Shown piece by piece: positions 55,999 through 64,000 of a DNA stretch of 64,000 nt (within the stretch, counting starts at the first letter, position 1; each line of letters begins with the position of its first letter). The DNA is from a virus. The position numbers and the translations under genes are program-made. Under the pieces are notes generated by a model, which was not told the DNA's origin, made no database searches, and worked only from the letters and a program-made list of their open reading frames with translations. The stretch is from IMG/VR virus record IMGVR_UViG_3300032267_001484, one strand, 5' to 3'.

Positions 55999-57459
55999 TT
56001 ATTGTGCTATAGGGAATTTTACAAAATGTTTAGGTTGTTCAAGTGGTTCTACTTGTATTAATTCAAAAGCATGTCTTGGAGTCCATTTTTGGAATGTTTC
56101 ATCAATCCCATCAATTACATTTTTAGACATTAACCTTGCAGACTGCATTGATTCATCTGAGGTGGCCCATTCACGAGCTGCTCTACCTAGTTCTTCAAAT
56201 TGTTTAGGAGATGTCATTTTGATATCATATGCTTTTCTAATTTGCTCAGCTACATCATGTGGGCTAGGTCTATCATCATAAATGTAAGGTGTAGGAACAG
56301 AACCAATCAAACTAATATTACTCGGAAATACGGGAAAAGCCCATTTACCGTGTTTTTTATACTTACCTCTATGGTTAGAACCAAATTCTTCAGTGAATTT
56401 AATCCATTCTCCATTTTCGTCTTCAAATCGCATTTGATCTTGCATACCACCAGTTACTGTAGCAATAATTGGTTTTCTACACATCATTCCCTCGGTCAAT
56501 GATAATCCCCAACCTTCGTTTGAACTAATCAAAGCAACTATATCTGATGAATTATATAATAAATTCATTACATTTGCTGGGTAACGGCCTGTTGAGAATA
56601 TAATATTATATTTAGGATCATTTCCAAACAACATTTGTTGTACTGCTGGAAGGTCTGTTCCGTTATCGTCTACAGGTTGGGTATGAAGTGTGAATACACA
56701 TTCTTTTGCTTGTTCTTCTGTTATGCTGTCAATAAATATTTTCCAAGCCAACATCAGATCAGGAACAGATTTACGGCGAATATTTCTTGCATTATATAAA
56801 AGATTAAATTTATATGCTTTATCTTTATATAATTGTTTTTTAAATTCTCTTAAAGCGAGATATTCAGGATGAGATAAATCAATCGGGAAGAAAATATTTT
56901 CATTTATTCCATGAGGAACATATTTAATTACCTTTTCAGCTGCTAATTCAGGACCTAATACCCATCTATTAATATTTTCTGTTTGTTTACTAATAGCAAG
57001 TAAGGTATCGCATGATTCATAAAATGATTTATTATACATTGGATAAGGTAAATCATCCCAGATATTAAGATAAATCATAGGAATATATTTCCTAATTTCA
57101 TGTTCCATTTGAAACAACCAAACCCAATACCTAGGATCAGTAAAAAACATAATAGCATCTGGTCTTTCAATTTGTAGTAATTGGCGGATTAGTTCTGGGG
57201 AGCCATAACCATCAACAGGGTATAGGGTAACATTAGCATCAGTAAGACCAACTGTTTTGTTAGTATCTTCATTAAGATCAAAACGTTTACCCTTATCAGG
57301 ATGATTAATAGCACCTCCTACATTTACCCAATTGTAATGATGAGCTGTACCTAAAACGATTTCACGAGCCATAGTGGAGATACCACTTGTCATTCTAATA
57401 TCGTCACAAAGTAATAGAATTTTCTTACGTTGTGCTTGAGGAATATAACCTTCTTTCAT
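55999..57459 (-). CDS. GT-B (GT4-like) glycosyltransferase
   Basis: VPHG, RNIRRK and EGWGLSLTEGM...TGG motifs. Confidence 0.87.
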   Translation of the reverse strand: MKEGYIPQAQRKKILLLCDDIRMTSGISTMAREIVLGTAHHYNWVNVGGAINHPDKGKRFDLNEDTNKTVGLTDANVTLYPVDGYGSPELIRQLLQIERPDAIMFFTDPRYWVWLFQMEHEIRKYIPMIYLNIWDDLPYPMYNKSFYESCDTLLAISKQTENINRWVLGPELAAEKVIKYVPHGINENIFFPIDLSHPEYLALREFKKQLYKDKAYKFNLLYNARNIRRKSVPDLMLAWKIFIDSITEEQAKECVFTLHTQPVDDNGTDLPAVQQMLFGNDPKYNIIFSTGRYPANVMNLLYNSSDIVALISSNEGWGLSLTEGMMCRKPIIATVTGGMQDQMRFEDENGEWIKFTEEFGSNHRGKYKKHGKWAFPVFPSNISLIGSVPTPYIYDDRPSPHDVAEQIRKAYDIKMTSPKQFEELGRAAREWATSDESMQSARLMSKNVIDGIDETFQKWTPRHAFELIQVEPLEQPKHFVKFPIAQ

Positions 57460-57469
57460 GTAACTAATT

Positions 57470-57664
57470 TTAAATACTTCCTGTAAATTGTGTGTCTAAA
57501 GTGTTGTGTAATTGTTTTCTAAAATCTTCATTTGTTAAGTATAAAAACATACCTCGTTCTGTTAATTTTTGAACACTGAATTTATATTTTACGCAAGCTA
57601 TTTTAAATTGCTCAAATAAATCTTCAGGGATCTTTACACTTGTTAATTGCATTTTGTTTCCCAT
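57470..57664 (-). CDS. ribbon-helix-helix DNA-binding protein
   Basis: LTSVKIPEDLFEQFKIAC strand-helix pattern; start MGNKM after an ATATTTAT box. Confidence 0.6.
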   Translation of the reverse strand: MGNKMQLTSVKIPEDLFEQFKIACVKYKFSVQKLTERGMFLYLTNEDFRKQLHNTLDTQFTGSI

Positions 57665-57698
57665 AAATAATATATTTTGATATAAATATATATACTTA

Positions 57699-58640
57699 TT
57701 AAGAGACTGCAATTTTGTTACAAAGTTCATTGTTATTATTGTAGGGACACCACTTACAAGCGCTTTCACCTACATTTTTAATATACGACTTTATTTGAGG
57801 TTTACCAACTTCATCAAAACAATCTTCAATAAAATCTTCAAAACGCTCTATTGTTTGTCTTCGCTTGGTTTTTCCACTAGCGGGTTTAAAGGATTGAACC
57901 CTGGGAATTGGGTACTCAGCTTCTTCATAGATCTTGCGCTTAACAATGAAGAATTCAACTTCGATTTGTTCAACGTCCCATCCGAATTGTCTTGAGAAAT
58001 ATTCTTTGTATAGTAAGACTTGAGCAGTTTTTTGATCGTCTCTTTTCTCACTGTCACTCCACCCGCGTGTTGATGTTTTGATATCATATATGTAAACTTT
58101 ATTTAAATCCTCATCATATAAAGCAAAATCAATAAATGCTTTGTAATAGATGTTATTTGCTACTTTTAGGAGTAAAGGTAATTCAATACCCAATAACTTC
58201 ATTCTGCGAATAGTGAATATTTTGTTTCGTCTTGCCTTAATCCATTTTAATATAGCAATACCATCATCAAAGAAATCAGCCATTTCCTCAGCATTAGTAA
58301 AGTGAGTACCTGCTGCTTTATATTCACTAGCATATACCTCCCTAAATCGCTCTTGAAATATAGTATCCAGATCCATTTTATCAGCAGCAGCTCCACTTTG
58401 TTCATACATTACTGTAATATATTGTTGAAGTGTCTCATGAAACGCCGTACCAAACACAGTATGAATACTAGCTTGATACGGCTGTTTCTTCTCTACGTAG
58501 GTGAGATACCACTGATGTGGACATTTAGACCACATTGAGAATTGAGAATAAGAGACGCTGCGCTGGAAACTATAGTTTACCTCTGGAGGTTGGTAATTTT
58601 TAATCTTGAGTTCAATCTCAGATAATTTTTTCTTGGCCAC
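57699..58640 (-). CDS. PD-(D/E)XK exonuclease (RecB/Cas4-like)
   Basis: SYSQ...CP, FGTAFHE, E...FID...DIKT, Q..LY and C.WC motifs. Confidence 0.88.
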   Translation of the reverse strand: MAKKKLSEIELKIKNYQPPEVNYSFQRSVSYSQFSMWSKCPHQWYLTYVEKKQPYQASIHTVFGTAFHETLQQYITVMYEQSGAAADKMDLDTIFQERFREVYASEYKAAGTHFTNAEEMADFFDDGIAILKWIKARRNKIFTIRRMKLLGIELPLLLKVANNIYYKAFIDFALYDEDLNKVYIYDIKTSTRGWSDSEKRDDQKTAQVLLYKEYFSRQFGWDVEQIEVEFFIVKRKIYEEAEYPIPRVQSFKPASGKTKRRQTIERFEDFIEDCFDEVGKPQIKSYIKNVGESACKWCPYNNNNELCNKIAVS

Positions 58641-58827
58641 TGATTTCTTGTTTAATTTTTTCTAGATATAGAATAGCATCCATGTGTTCTTGTTTAGCAT
58701 GTTCTATCCATTCTAGTAAAGATAAATCAGTACGATCTAGATCAACTCCATATTTTTCCTTACCTTTAACAGCACGAGTTCTAAATTGCTCTATAATTGA
58801 TGTAACAATTGAATCTAGATTATCCAT
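58618..58827 (-). CDS. small all-alpha protein, possibly nucleotide pyrophosphohydrolase-like
   Basis: G.EKYG..LDR.DL...W..HA..E.MDA.LY motif. Confidence 0.55.
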   Translation of the reverse strand: MDNLDSIVTSIIEQFRTRAVKGKEKYGVDLDRTDLSLLEWIEHAKQEHMDAILYLEKIKQEISGQEKII

Positions 58828-59191
58828 TAATTTGATTTAATATGTTTTCTAATTCTTCTTTAGTGAGCATATCAATATACTCTTTAGCTTCATGTTTACT
58901 TACTTCATAGTAAGTAGCAACTGCTTCTACTTGTTCAGTCTTATATTCCTTTTTATTTTTAGCCTTAATATATTTAAGGTATTTATATTGTTGAGGAATA
59001 AGATCTTTATACAAATTATAAAGGTATTCACCTTTCATTTGCCAAGTATTCTTTTGAACATAGTTAACTACTTCACAATAATCAGGATCCATACTTAGAT
59101 AACGATTGATCATCCAGTTATTCCAACCTTCATCACCCAAGTAGGCTCCTTTATTTGTAGTAATATTCTTAAGATGATCAAATATATTCAT
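58820..59191 (-). CDS. clamp loader small subunit (T4 gp62-like)
   Basis: WMINRYLSM and YYEVS..EAKEY motifs; near the gp44-like gene. Confidence 0.75.
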   Translation of the reverse strand: MNIFDHLKNITTNKGAYLGDEGWNNWMINRYLSMDPDYCEVVNYVQKNTWQMKGEYLYNLYKDLIPQQYKYLKYIKAKNKKEYKTEQVEAVATYYEVSKHEAKEYIDMLTKEELENILNQING

Positions 59192-59430
59192 TAGTAGTAT
59201 CTTGAATCGTTTTGGTTTTTATTAGCAGTTGTAGCAAGCATAGTAAGATGCTTTATTTCAGATTGAAGCTGAGTGATTTGAACTTTCATAGCATCAATTT
59301 GAGTTTCATATTGTGCATTTTTTTTATCTGCTACTCCAAGATTAAAAGCAATCCCTACAATTTGGGCTTTAAGTGCTTCATTTTCTTGTCTAAGTTGTTC
59401 TATTTCCATTTTGTATTTTTTATTGAACAT
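59191..59430 (-). CDS. coiled-coil protein
   Basis: Heptad pattern. Confidence 0.55.
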   Translation of the reverse strand: MFNKKYKMEIEQLRQENEALKAQIVGIAFNLGVADKKNAQYETQIDAMKVQITQLQSEIKHLTMLATTANKNQNDSRYY

Positions 59431-59656
59431 CTTTATTTCTCAATTGTGTTGGAAGAAATTCATCGTTTACATGGTTACAGGATGTACAAGCAAATACTTG
59501 AATAGGAATAAGGGCATCTTGTGCTGTACCTGTTACAAAGCGAGATGCTTTCCTAAGCATTACTACATCTTTAAATGTTTGCCCACCACATTTATCACAC
59601 TCAACTGCTGTTGTTTTATCCAAAGTGATGTTCATGTTAATTGTCTCTTGACTCAT
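59420..59656 (-). CDS. zinc-ribbon protein
   Basis: CDKCG...CTSC. Confidence 0.65.
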   Translation of the reverse strand: MSQETINMNITLDKTTAVECDKCGGQTFKDVVMLRKASRFVTGTAQDALIPIQVFACTSCNHVNDEFLPTQLRNKDVQ

Positions 59657-60573
59657 ATTACTTGTTTTTTAGTTGTTTCTAGTATTTTTGCTATTGCTGC
59701 TGCAAAGTTAATTTCTTTATCTGGCACAACCCCACTTCTCCAAATAAAATCATCTAATATAACTGATAGCTCAGCATCATGTCCGTAGCTAAATTCGGGT
59801 AGTTGTTCAAACATATATCTATAAGCTACTTGAAAATCATCTACTTGCTCGTCAGCTACAAGTTGGCGAACTTGATACCAAGCATCTTTATCGCGCTTTT
59901 TTAATATTTGAATCAGCTGTTTAGTCCAATTATCATTTAGTACAGTAACAACTAAACTATTATCTCTAATATTTTGTTGTAGTGTTTTAATAATAGAACG
60001 AACATCAGGATAGAAGTTATTAACTATTTGAGCGATATCTTTCATTTCATATTTTACACCTTCAACATCAAGAATATTTGTGCAAATATGTCTTGCAACA
60101 TCACCTTTGGATGGTGGTTTTAAAATATGGAGTTCGCAGCGTGATTGAAGTGGTTCAATCAAACGTTCAATATAATTACAAGTAAGAATAAAACGAGTAT
60201 TAATTGAATATTCCTCAATCAAATTACGAAGTGCTGCTTGAGCGGGTTGGGTTAAGAAATCAGCCTCATCTAAAATAACTATTTTAAGTGGTTTAAATGA
60301 AGATGTAGCAGCAAATGTTTTTACTTTTTCCCTAATAACATCAATTCCATTTTCATCACTAGCATTAAGGTAAAGATAAACACAATTAAGATTATTAACT
60401 AATAGTTTAGCTAATGTAGTTTTACCTGTACCAGCAGTACCATTGAAAATAAAATGTGGTATGTCATTTTTTGCAAGACAATCGGAGATGCGGTTTTTAA
60501 CCGCATCATTTCCGATATATTGCTCTAATGTTTGTGAACGATATTTTTCAATCCAAAGCGAATGTTGCTTCAT
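59653..60573 (-). CDS. clamp loader ATPase (T4 gp44/RFC-like)
   Basis: WIEKYR, GTAGTGKTT, NASDENG, LDEAD and SRC motifs. Confidence 0.95.
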   Translation of the reverse strand: MKQHSLWIEKYRSQTLEQYIGNDAVKNRISDCLAKNDIPHFIFNGTAGTGKTTLAKLLVNNLNCVYLYLNASDENGIDVIREKVKTFAATSSFKPLKIVILDEADFLTQPAQAALRNLIEEYSINTRFILTCNYIERLIEPLQSRCELHILKPPSKGDVARHICTNILDVEGVKYEMKDIAQIVNNFYPDVRSIIKTLQQNIRDNSLVVTVLNDNWTKQLIQILKKRDKDAWYQVRQLVADEQVDDFQVAYRYMFEQLPEFSYGHDAELSVILDDFIWRSGVVPDKEINFAAAIAKILETTKKQVI

Positions 60574-60593
60574 AACTTATTATTTTATTGAAT

Positions 60594-62204
60594 TTACATT
60601 CCAAATGCTGACAAATCAACTTCTTCTTTCTTTTTATCTGTTGGTTTATCGTGAATTACACATTCCGTCATTAGAAGTGTAACGGCAGCTGCTGCTGCAT
60701 TCTCAAGTGCACAGCGTACTACTTTAGTTGGATCAATGATACCTGATTTAAAAGCATCTATTGTTCTATCCCCTACAATATCAGGGACAGCATTTTTTTC
60801 TTTTAGAATTGAAGCCCATTCATAATAATCCTCACCAGCATTAGTTAGAATTTTATTAAGTGGAGTAGAACATGCCTTATATACAATTTGTCCTCCTAAT
60901 CCAGAATCACTATTATCCCTATTAATAATAGCATTTTTAGCACTAAATAGGGCTACACCAGCACCTGGTACAATACCTTCTTCAAGAGCAGCTTTTGTTG
61001 CTTGGAGTGCATCATCAATGCGATCTTTTCTTTCTCTCATTTCAACCTCAGTACCTCCACCTACATTAATGATAGCTACACCACCAATAATTTTAGCAAG
61101 GCGATCTTGTAGACGTTCTACTTCATAAGGTGAATTATTAGTATCAATTTGTGCTTTTAATTCTTCAATACGAGCATCAATTTGTTCAGTTTCGCCTTTA
61201 CCATCAACAATAGTAGTTGTTTCTTTACCTACAGTGATAGTTCTAGCCTGACCAAACCAACTAGTACTGAACTTTTCTAGTTTCATTCCTTTTTGAGGTG
61301 AAACTACAGTACCACCAGTCACAATAGCAATGTCTTCTAAAACTAAAGTCCTACGCTCACCAAAGTCAGGAGCCTTAACAGCAGCTACTTTCAAAATACC
61401 CCTCATTTTATTTACAATGAGTGTTGAAAGTGCTTCACCATCGATATCCTCAGCAATAATAAGCAATGACTTATTTTCCTGTGATACACGCTCAAGAATA
61501 GGAAGTAAATCCTTTACAGTACTAATCCTACCATCAAACAATAAAATCAAGGAATCATTAAGAACAGCTTGCATTGTGTTATTATCGGTTACCATATAAG
61601 GCGATTTATAACCACGATCAAATTGAAGACCTTCTACTACTTCGAGTGACGTTTCACCTGAACGAGATTCTTCTACTGTTACTACTCCATCTCTTCCTAC
61701 TTTATCAATAGCTGTAGCTACTAATTCACCAATTTCAGTATCACCATTAGCTGAGAGTGTAGCAATTTGTCTGATTTGTTTTTCATCTGTAATATCTACA
61801 GATATTGTTTTTAATTCACTAACAATATTCTTAACAGCAGTCTCAATACCATATTTTACTTGAGTAACATTAACCGATGGTTTTGAGGTCAATTCAAGTG
61901 CTTGATTTGCAATACTATATGCTAACAACGTAGATGTAGTTGTACCATCACCTGCTTGATCAACTGTTTTTTGTGCTGCTTGTTTAATTACAGTTGCAGC
62001 CATATTTTCAATTGGATCTTCTAAAGTAATGGTTTTAGCAACTGTAACACCATCCTTAGTTGAGGCTACTTGCCCATGTTCTTTTTCAATCAATACATTA
62101 CGTCCAAAAGGACCCATAGTTACAGTTACGGCATCATGTACTTTCTTAATACCTTCCTGTAGTTTTTCTTTCGCGTCGCGATCAAATTTAATTATTTTAC
62201 TCAT
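60594..62204 (-). CDS. groEL: chaperonin GroEL
   Basis: TMGPFGRNV, TKDGVTVA, AGDGTTT, FDRGY.SPY and GIIDP.KV.R.AL motifs. Confidence 0.97.
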   Translation of the reverse strand: MSKIIKFDRDAKEKLQEGIKKVHDAVTVTMGPFGRNVLIEKEHGQVASTKDGVTVAKTITLEDPIENMAATVIKQAAQKTVDQAGDGTTTSTLLAYSIANQALELTSKPSVNVTQVKYGIETAVKNIVSELKTISVDITDEKQIRQIATLSANGDTEIGELVATAIDKVGRDGVVTVEESRSGETSLEVVEGLQFDRGYKSPYMVTDNNTMQAVLNDSLILLFDGRISTVKDLLPILERVSQENKSLLIIAEDIDGEALSTLIVNKMRGILKVAAVKAPDFGERRTLVLEDIAIVTGGTVVSPQKGMKLEKFSTSWFGQARTITVGKETTTIVDGKGETEQIDARIEELKAQIDTNNSPYEVERLQDRLAKIIGGVAIINVGGGTEVEMRERKDRIDDALQATKAALEEGIVPGAGVALFSAKNAIINRDNSDSGLGGQIVYKACSTPLNKILTNAGEDYYEWASILKEKNAVPDIVGDRTIDAFKSGIIDPTKVVRCALENAAAAAVTLLMTECVIHDKPTDKKKEEVDLSAFGM

Positions 62205-62207
62205 ATG

Positions 62208-62498
62208 TTATTTTTCTAAAACGGCCAATAAATCTTGTTCTTTCATTACAACGTATTCTTCACCTTCAACGGTCATTTTGGTTCCACCAAAGGCAGGAAA
62301 TACTACAATTTCACCTACTTTAATGCTAGTATCAATCCAAGTCCCTGTAACCGAATAAATCCCAGGTCCTACAGCTAGTACTTCACCCATAAGTGGTTTC
62401 TCTTTACCCATGTCAGGAACAATAATGTTCCCATACATTGTGTCTGTTTCATCTTGTTGTTTAATCACCACGTGATTATGCAATGGTATTATTTTCAT
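62208..62498 (-). CDS. groES: co-chaperonin GroES
   Basis: PL...V, KEKP..GEVLAVGPG and KVG..V motifs. Confidence 0.95.
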   Translation of the reverse strand: MKIIPLHNHVVIKQQDETDTMYGNIIVPDMGKEKPLMGEVLAVGPGIYSVTGTWIDTSIKVGEIVVFPAFGGTKMTVEGEEYVVMKEQDLLAVLEK

Positions 62499-62667
62499 TT
62501 TCTATATTTTGTTTATGTTTTAAAATTGCTTCCTCTAGTATTGATAAATCAAATTCAATCGGACCATATTCCTCCATTGAATCATCAAATACTACTTTAT
62601 TATCTACTAGTTTTAAATAAGCAATCCTATCCCAGTTTGCTTCTTTTCGTATAACTAATGTTTCCAT
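62476..62667 (-). CDS. hypothetical protein
   Basis: Follows a TATCTTCA box. Confidence 0.5.
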   Translation of the reverse strand: METLVIRKEANWDRIAYLKLVDNKVVFDDSMEEYGPIEFDLSILEEAILKHKQNIENENNTIA

Positions 62668-62704
62668 AAAATGAAGATAATGACAGGTCTTCGATTTTCA
62701 AAAC

Positions 62705-63130
62705 TTATTTAATTGTAACCTTTTTAGGTGCTTTTTCCTCTGCATAAGGAATATCTATAATAAGCAAGCCCTTATCCATATTAGCCTCTAGTTTATTTAA
62801 ATTAAGTTTAGAAGCTATCTTCCAAGCCAAATCAAAGGAGCGGCGAGCAATACCTCTTTGGAGATATTTGCCAATAGGCACTTCTTGATCTGGTCTTTCA
62901 TGTTTAATACGTAAAATATCGCTTTCTACTTGGATGTCGAGGTCCTCTTTATTAAGACCTACTACTGCGAGTTCGAATCGTAAACCTGTTTCTGTTTCGT
63001 AAATATCAACTGGGTAGTTGATTTTATTTTCAATTGTGTTAAATTTTGAGTTGCTGTCTAGGATGTTTTTCCAAACAACATCAAATGGATCAAATGTCCA
63101 ATTACTGTGGTAACTGTTTAGTTGTGTCAT
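62705..63130 (-). CDS. small heat-shock protein (Hsp20)
   Basis: YPVDIYE...ELAV.G, YLQRGIARRSF and A.MDKGLL.I motifs. Confidence 0.93.
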   Translation of the reverse strand: MTQLNSYHSNWTFDPFDVVWKNILDSNSKFNTIENKINYPVDIYETETGLRFELAVVGLNKEDLDIQVESDILRIKHERPDQEVPIGKYLQRGIARRSFDLAWKIASKLNLNKLEANMDKGLLIIDIPYAEEKAPKKVTIK

Positions 63131-63217
63131 AGTTTTTGTTTTGTGCTTCCCTAAGGTAAGCGGTTAATTAATAATATGAAGACCTGTCATGTATCTTCGA
63201 TAATAAATATATACGGA

Positions 63218-63949
63218 TTAATCTTTGGGTGGGAGATAATATGTGCTTTTAATAAGACTTTCACTTGTAAATACTATCTTCAATATTCCATTTTCATCAA
63301 ACCAACCTGTTCCTTTATCACCCTTATTTTCGGTGAATATTTCAAACAGATAATTTGCATTATACTGGAATTTAGTTGATGGAATTGTAAATGAAGGGGC
63401 ATTAGTTTGGAAGCTAATCTTATCATCATGTGATGTTTTACCTCCTAATGTGAAATAAATGCCCTTATCACCGTCTTCATTAAATAGTGCTTGAAGTGTT
63501 ACCTCATCACTACCTAATGCTTTCTTTGCTTTATTATAGCGTTCAATAAATTCATTATCAATTTCAAATGAATAAATAAAGTCAATTTGGCTTTCATCTA
63601 GTACCATTGTTTCAATTGGTATCATTCTTAAATCAGCCAAATTGTAAGTTAAATCATATTCATTATCAGCAATGTGGAGTTTAGTTGAAATATCACCTTT
63701 ACTTTCAACATTCAATTGAATAAAGTGATTTGTGATGTTAACTAATTTAAGTAGTTTATTTGTGTCGTAGATACCTAAAACACAATCATCTATATCAATT
63801 CCTTCTGCTTCTACTATACCACATAAATCCATGGTAAGAGATGTAAATGGAATTTGTACTTTTTTATCTTTAATTATCCATTTTACTTTTTCGTGTATTC
63901 CACCTAAGTAATACTTTTCGATAACCGATGTGAGTAGTTGTTTGTCCAT
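63218..63949 (-). CDS. DNA polymerase sliding clamp (T4 gp45-like)
   Basis: 243 aa, GIYD..LLKL motif, terminal STYYL; close to the clamp loader genes. Confidence 0.7.
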   Translation of the reverse strand: MDKQLLTSVIEKYYLGGIHEKVKWIIKDKKVQIPFTSLTMDLCGIVEAEGIDIDDCVLGIYDTNKLLKLVNITNHFIQLNVESKGDISTKLHIADNEYDLTYNLADLRMIPIETMVLDESQIDFIYSFEIDNEFIERYNKAKKALGSDEVTLQALFNEDGDKGIYFTLGGKTSHDDKISFQTNAPSFTIPSTKFQYNANYLFEIFTENKGDKGTGWFDENGILKIVFTSESLIKSTYYLPPKD

Positions 63950-64000
63950 ATTATTTCCAAAATATTTGTAGTAAAACTATGATAAAAGCTAGGCCTAAAC

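Noticed and set aside
57699-58640. Cas4-like nuclease as evidence of CRISPR-Cas
   Set aside because: It is a stand-alone PD-(D/E)XK exonuclease in the replication module; no cas genes or array are present in the window.
63131-63200. CIRCE operator upstream of hsp20/groESL
   Set aside because: No TTAGCACTC-N9-GAGTGCTAA match; only a small leader hairpin and the long-range inverted repeat are present.
4319-63379. Numerous short plus-strand ORFs antisense to long genes (e.g. 4319, 7112, 16934, 30224, 42823, 61330, 62029)
   Set aside because: Shadow ORFs of well-supported minus-strand genes.
1-64000. Alternative genetic code (stop-codon reassignment)
   Set aside because: Conserved genes are full length in the standard code, and TAA, TAG and TGA all end genes.

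Overview
AT-rich fragment of a large myovirus-type phage with T4-like core genes. The host is inferred to be Bacteroidota from a DUF4494 gene, SD-less A-rich leaders, TAnnTT(T/C)A promoter boxes and a tmRNA tag ending YALAA. Nearly all genes are on the minus strand. Layout: 1-11.7 kb baseplate, lysis and late-sigma genes; 11.7-26 kb an array of small accessory genes, most with their own promoter; 26-34.6 kb metabolic, membrane and lipoprotein genes; 34.6-37.3 kb a stable-RNA cluster (tmRNA, tRNA-Leu, an oversized tRNA-like RNA and two more structured elements); 37-40 kb ClpP and UVR-motif genes; 40-57.5 kb a glycosyltransferase/methyltransferase island; 57.5-64 kb exonuclease, clamp loader, GroEL/ES, Hsp20 and sliding clamp. 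The most striking signal is 13993-15260: 1268 nt with only 6 G on the plus strand. Five consecutive small, mostly acidic genes there have an essentially cytosine-free coding strand, so their proteins almost entirely lack Ala, Pro, Thr, Gln and His. Nearby are a GC-rich island packed with palindromes, polarised A-tracts, a C12 run and two multi-AT-hook genes. All calls come from reading motifs by eye; no database searches were run.
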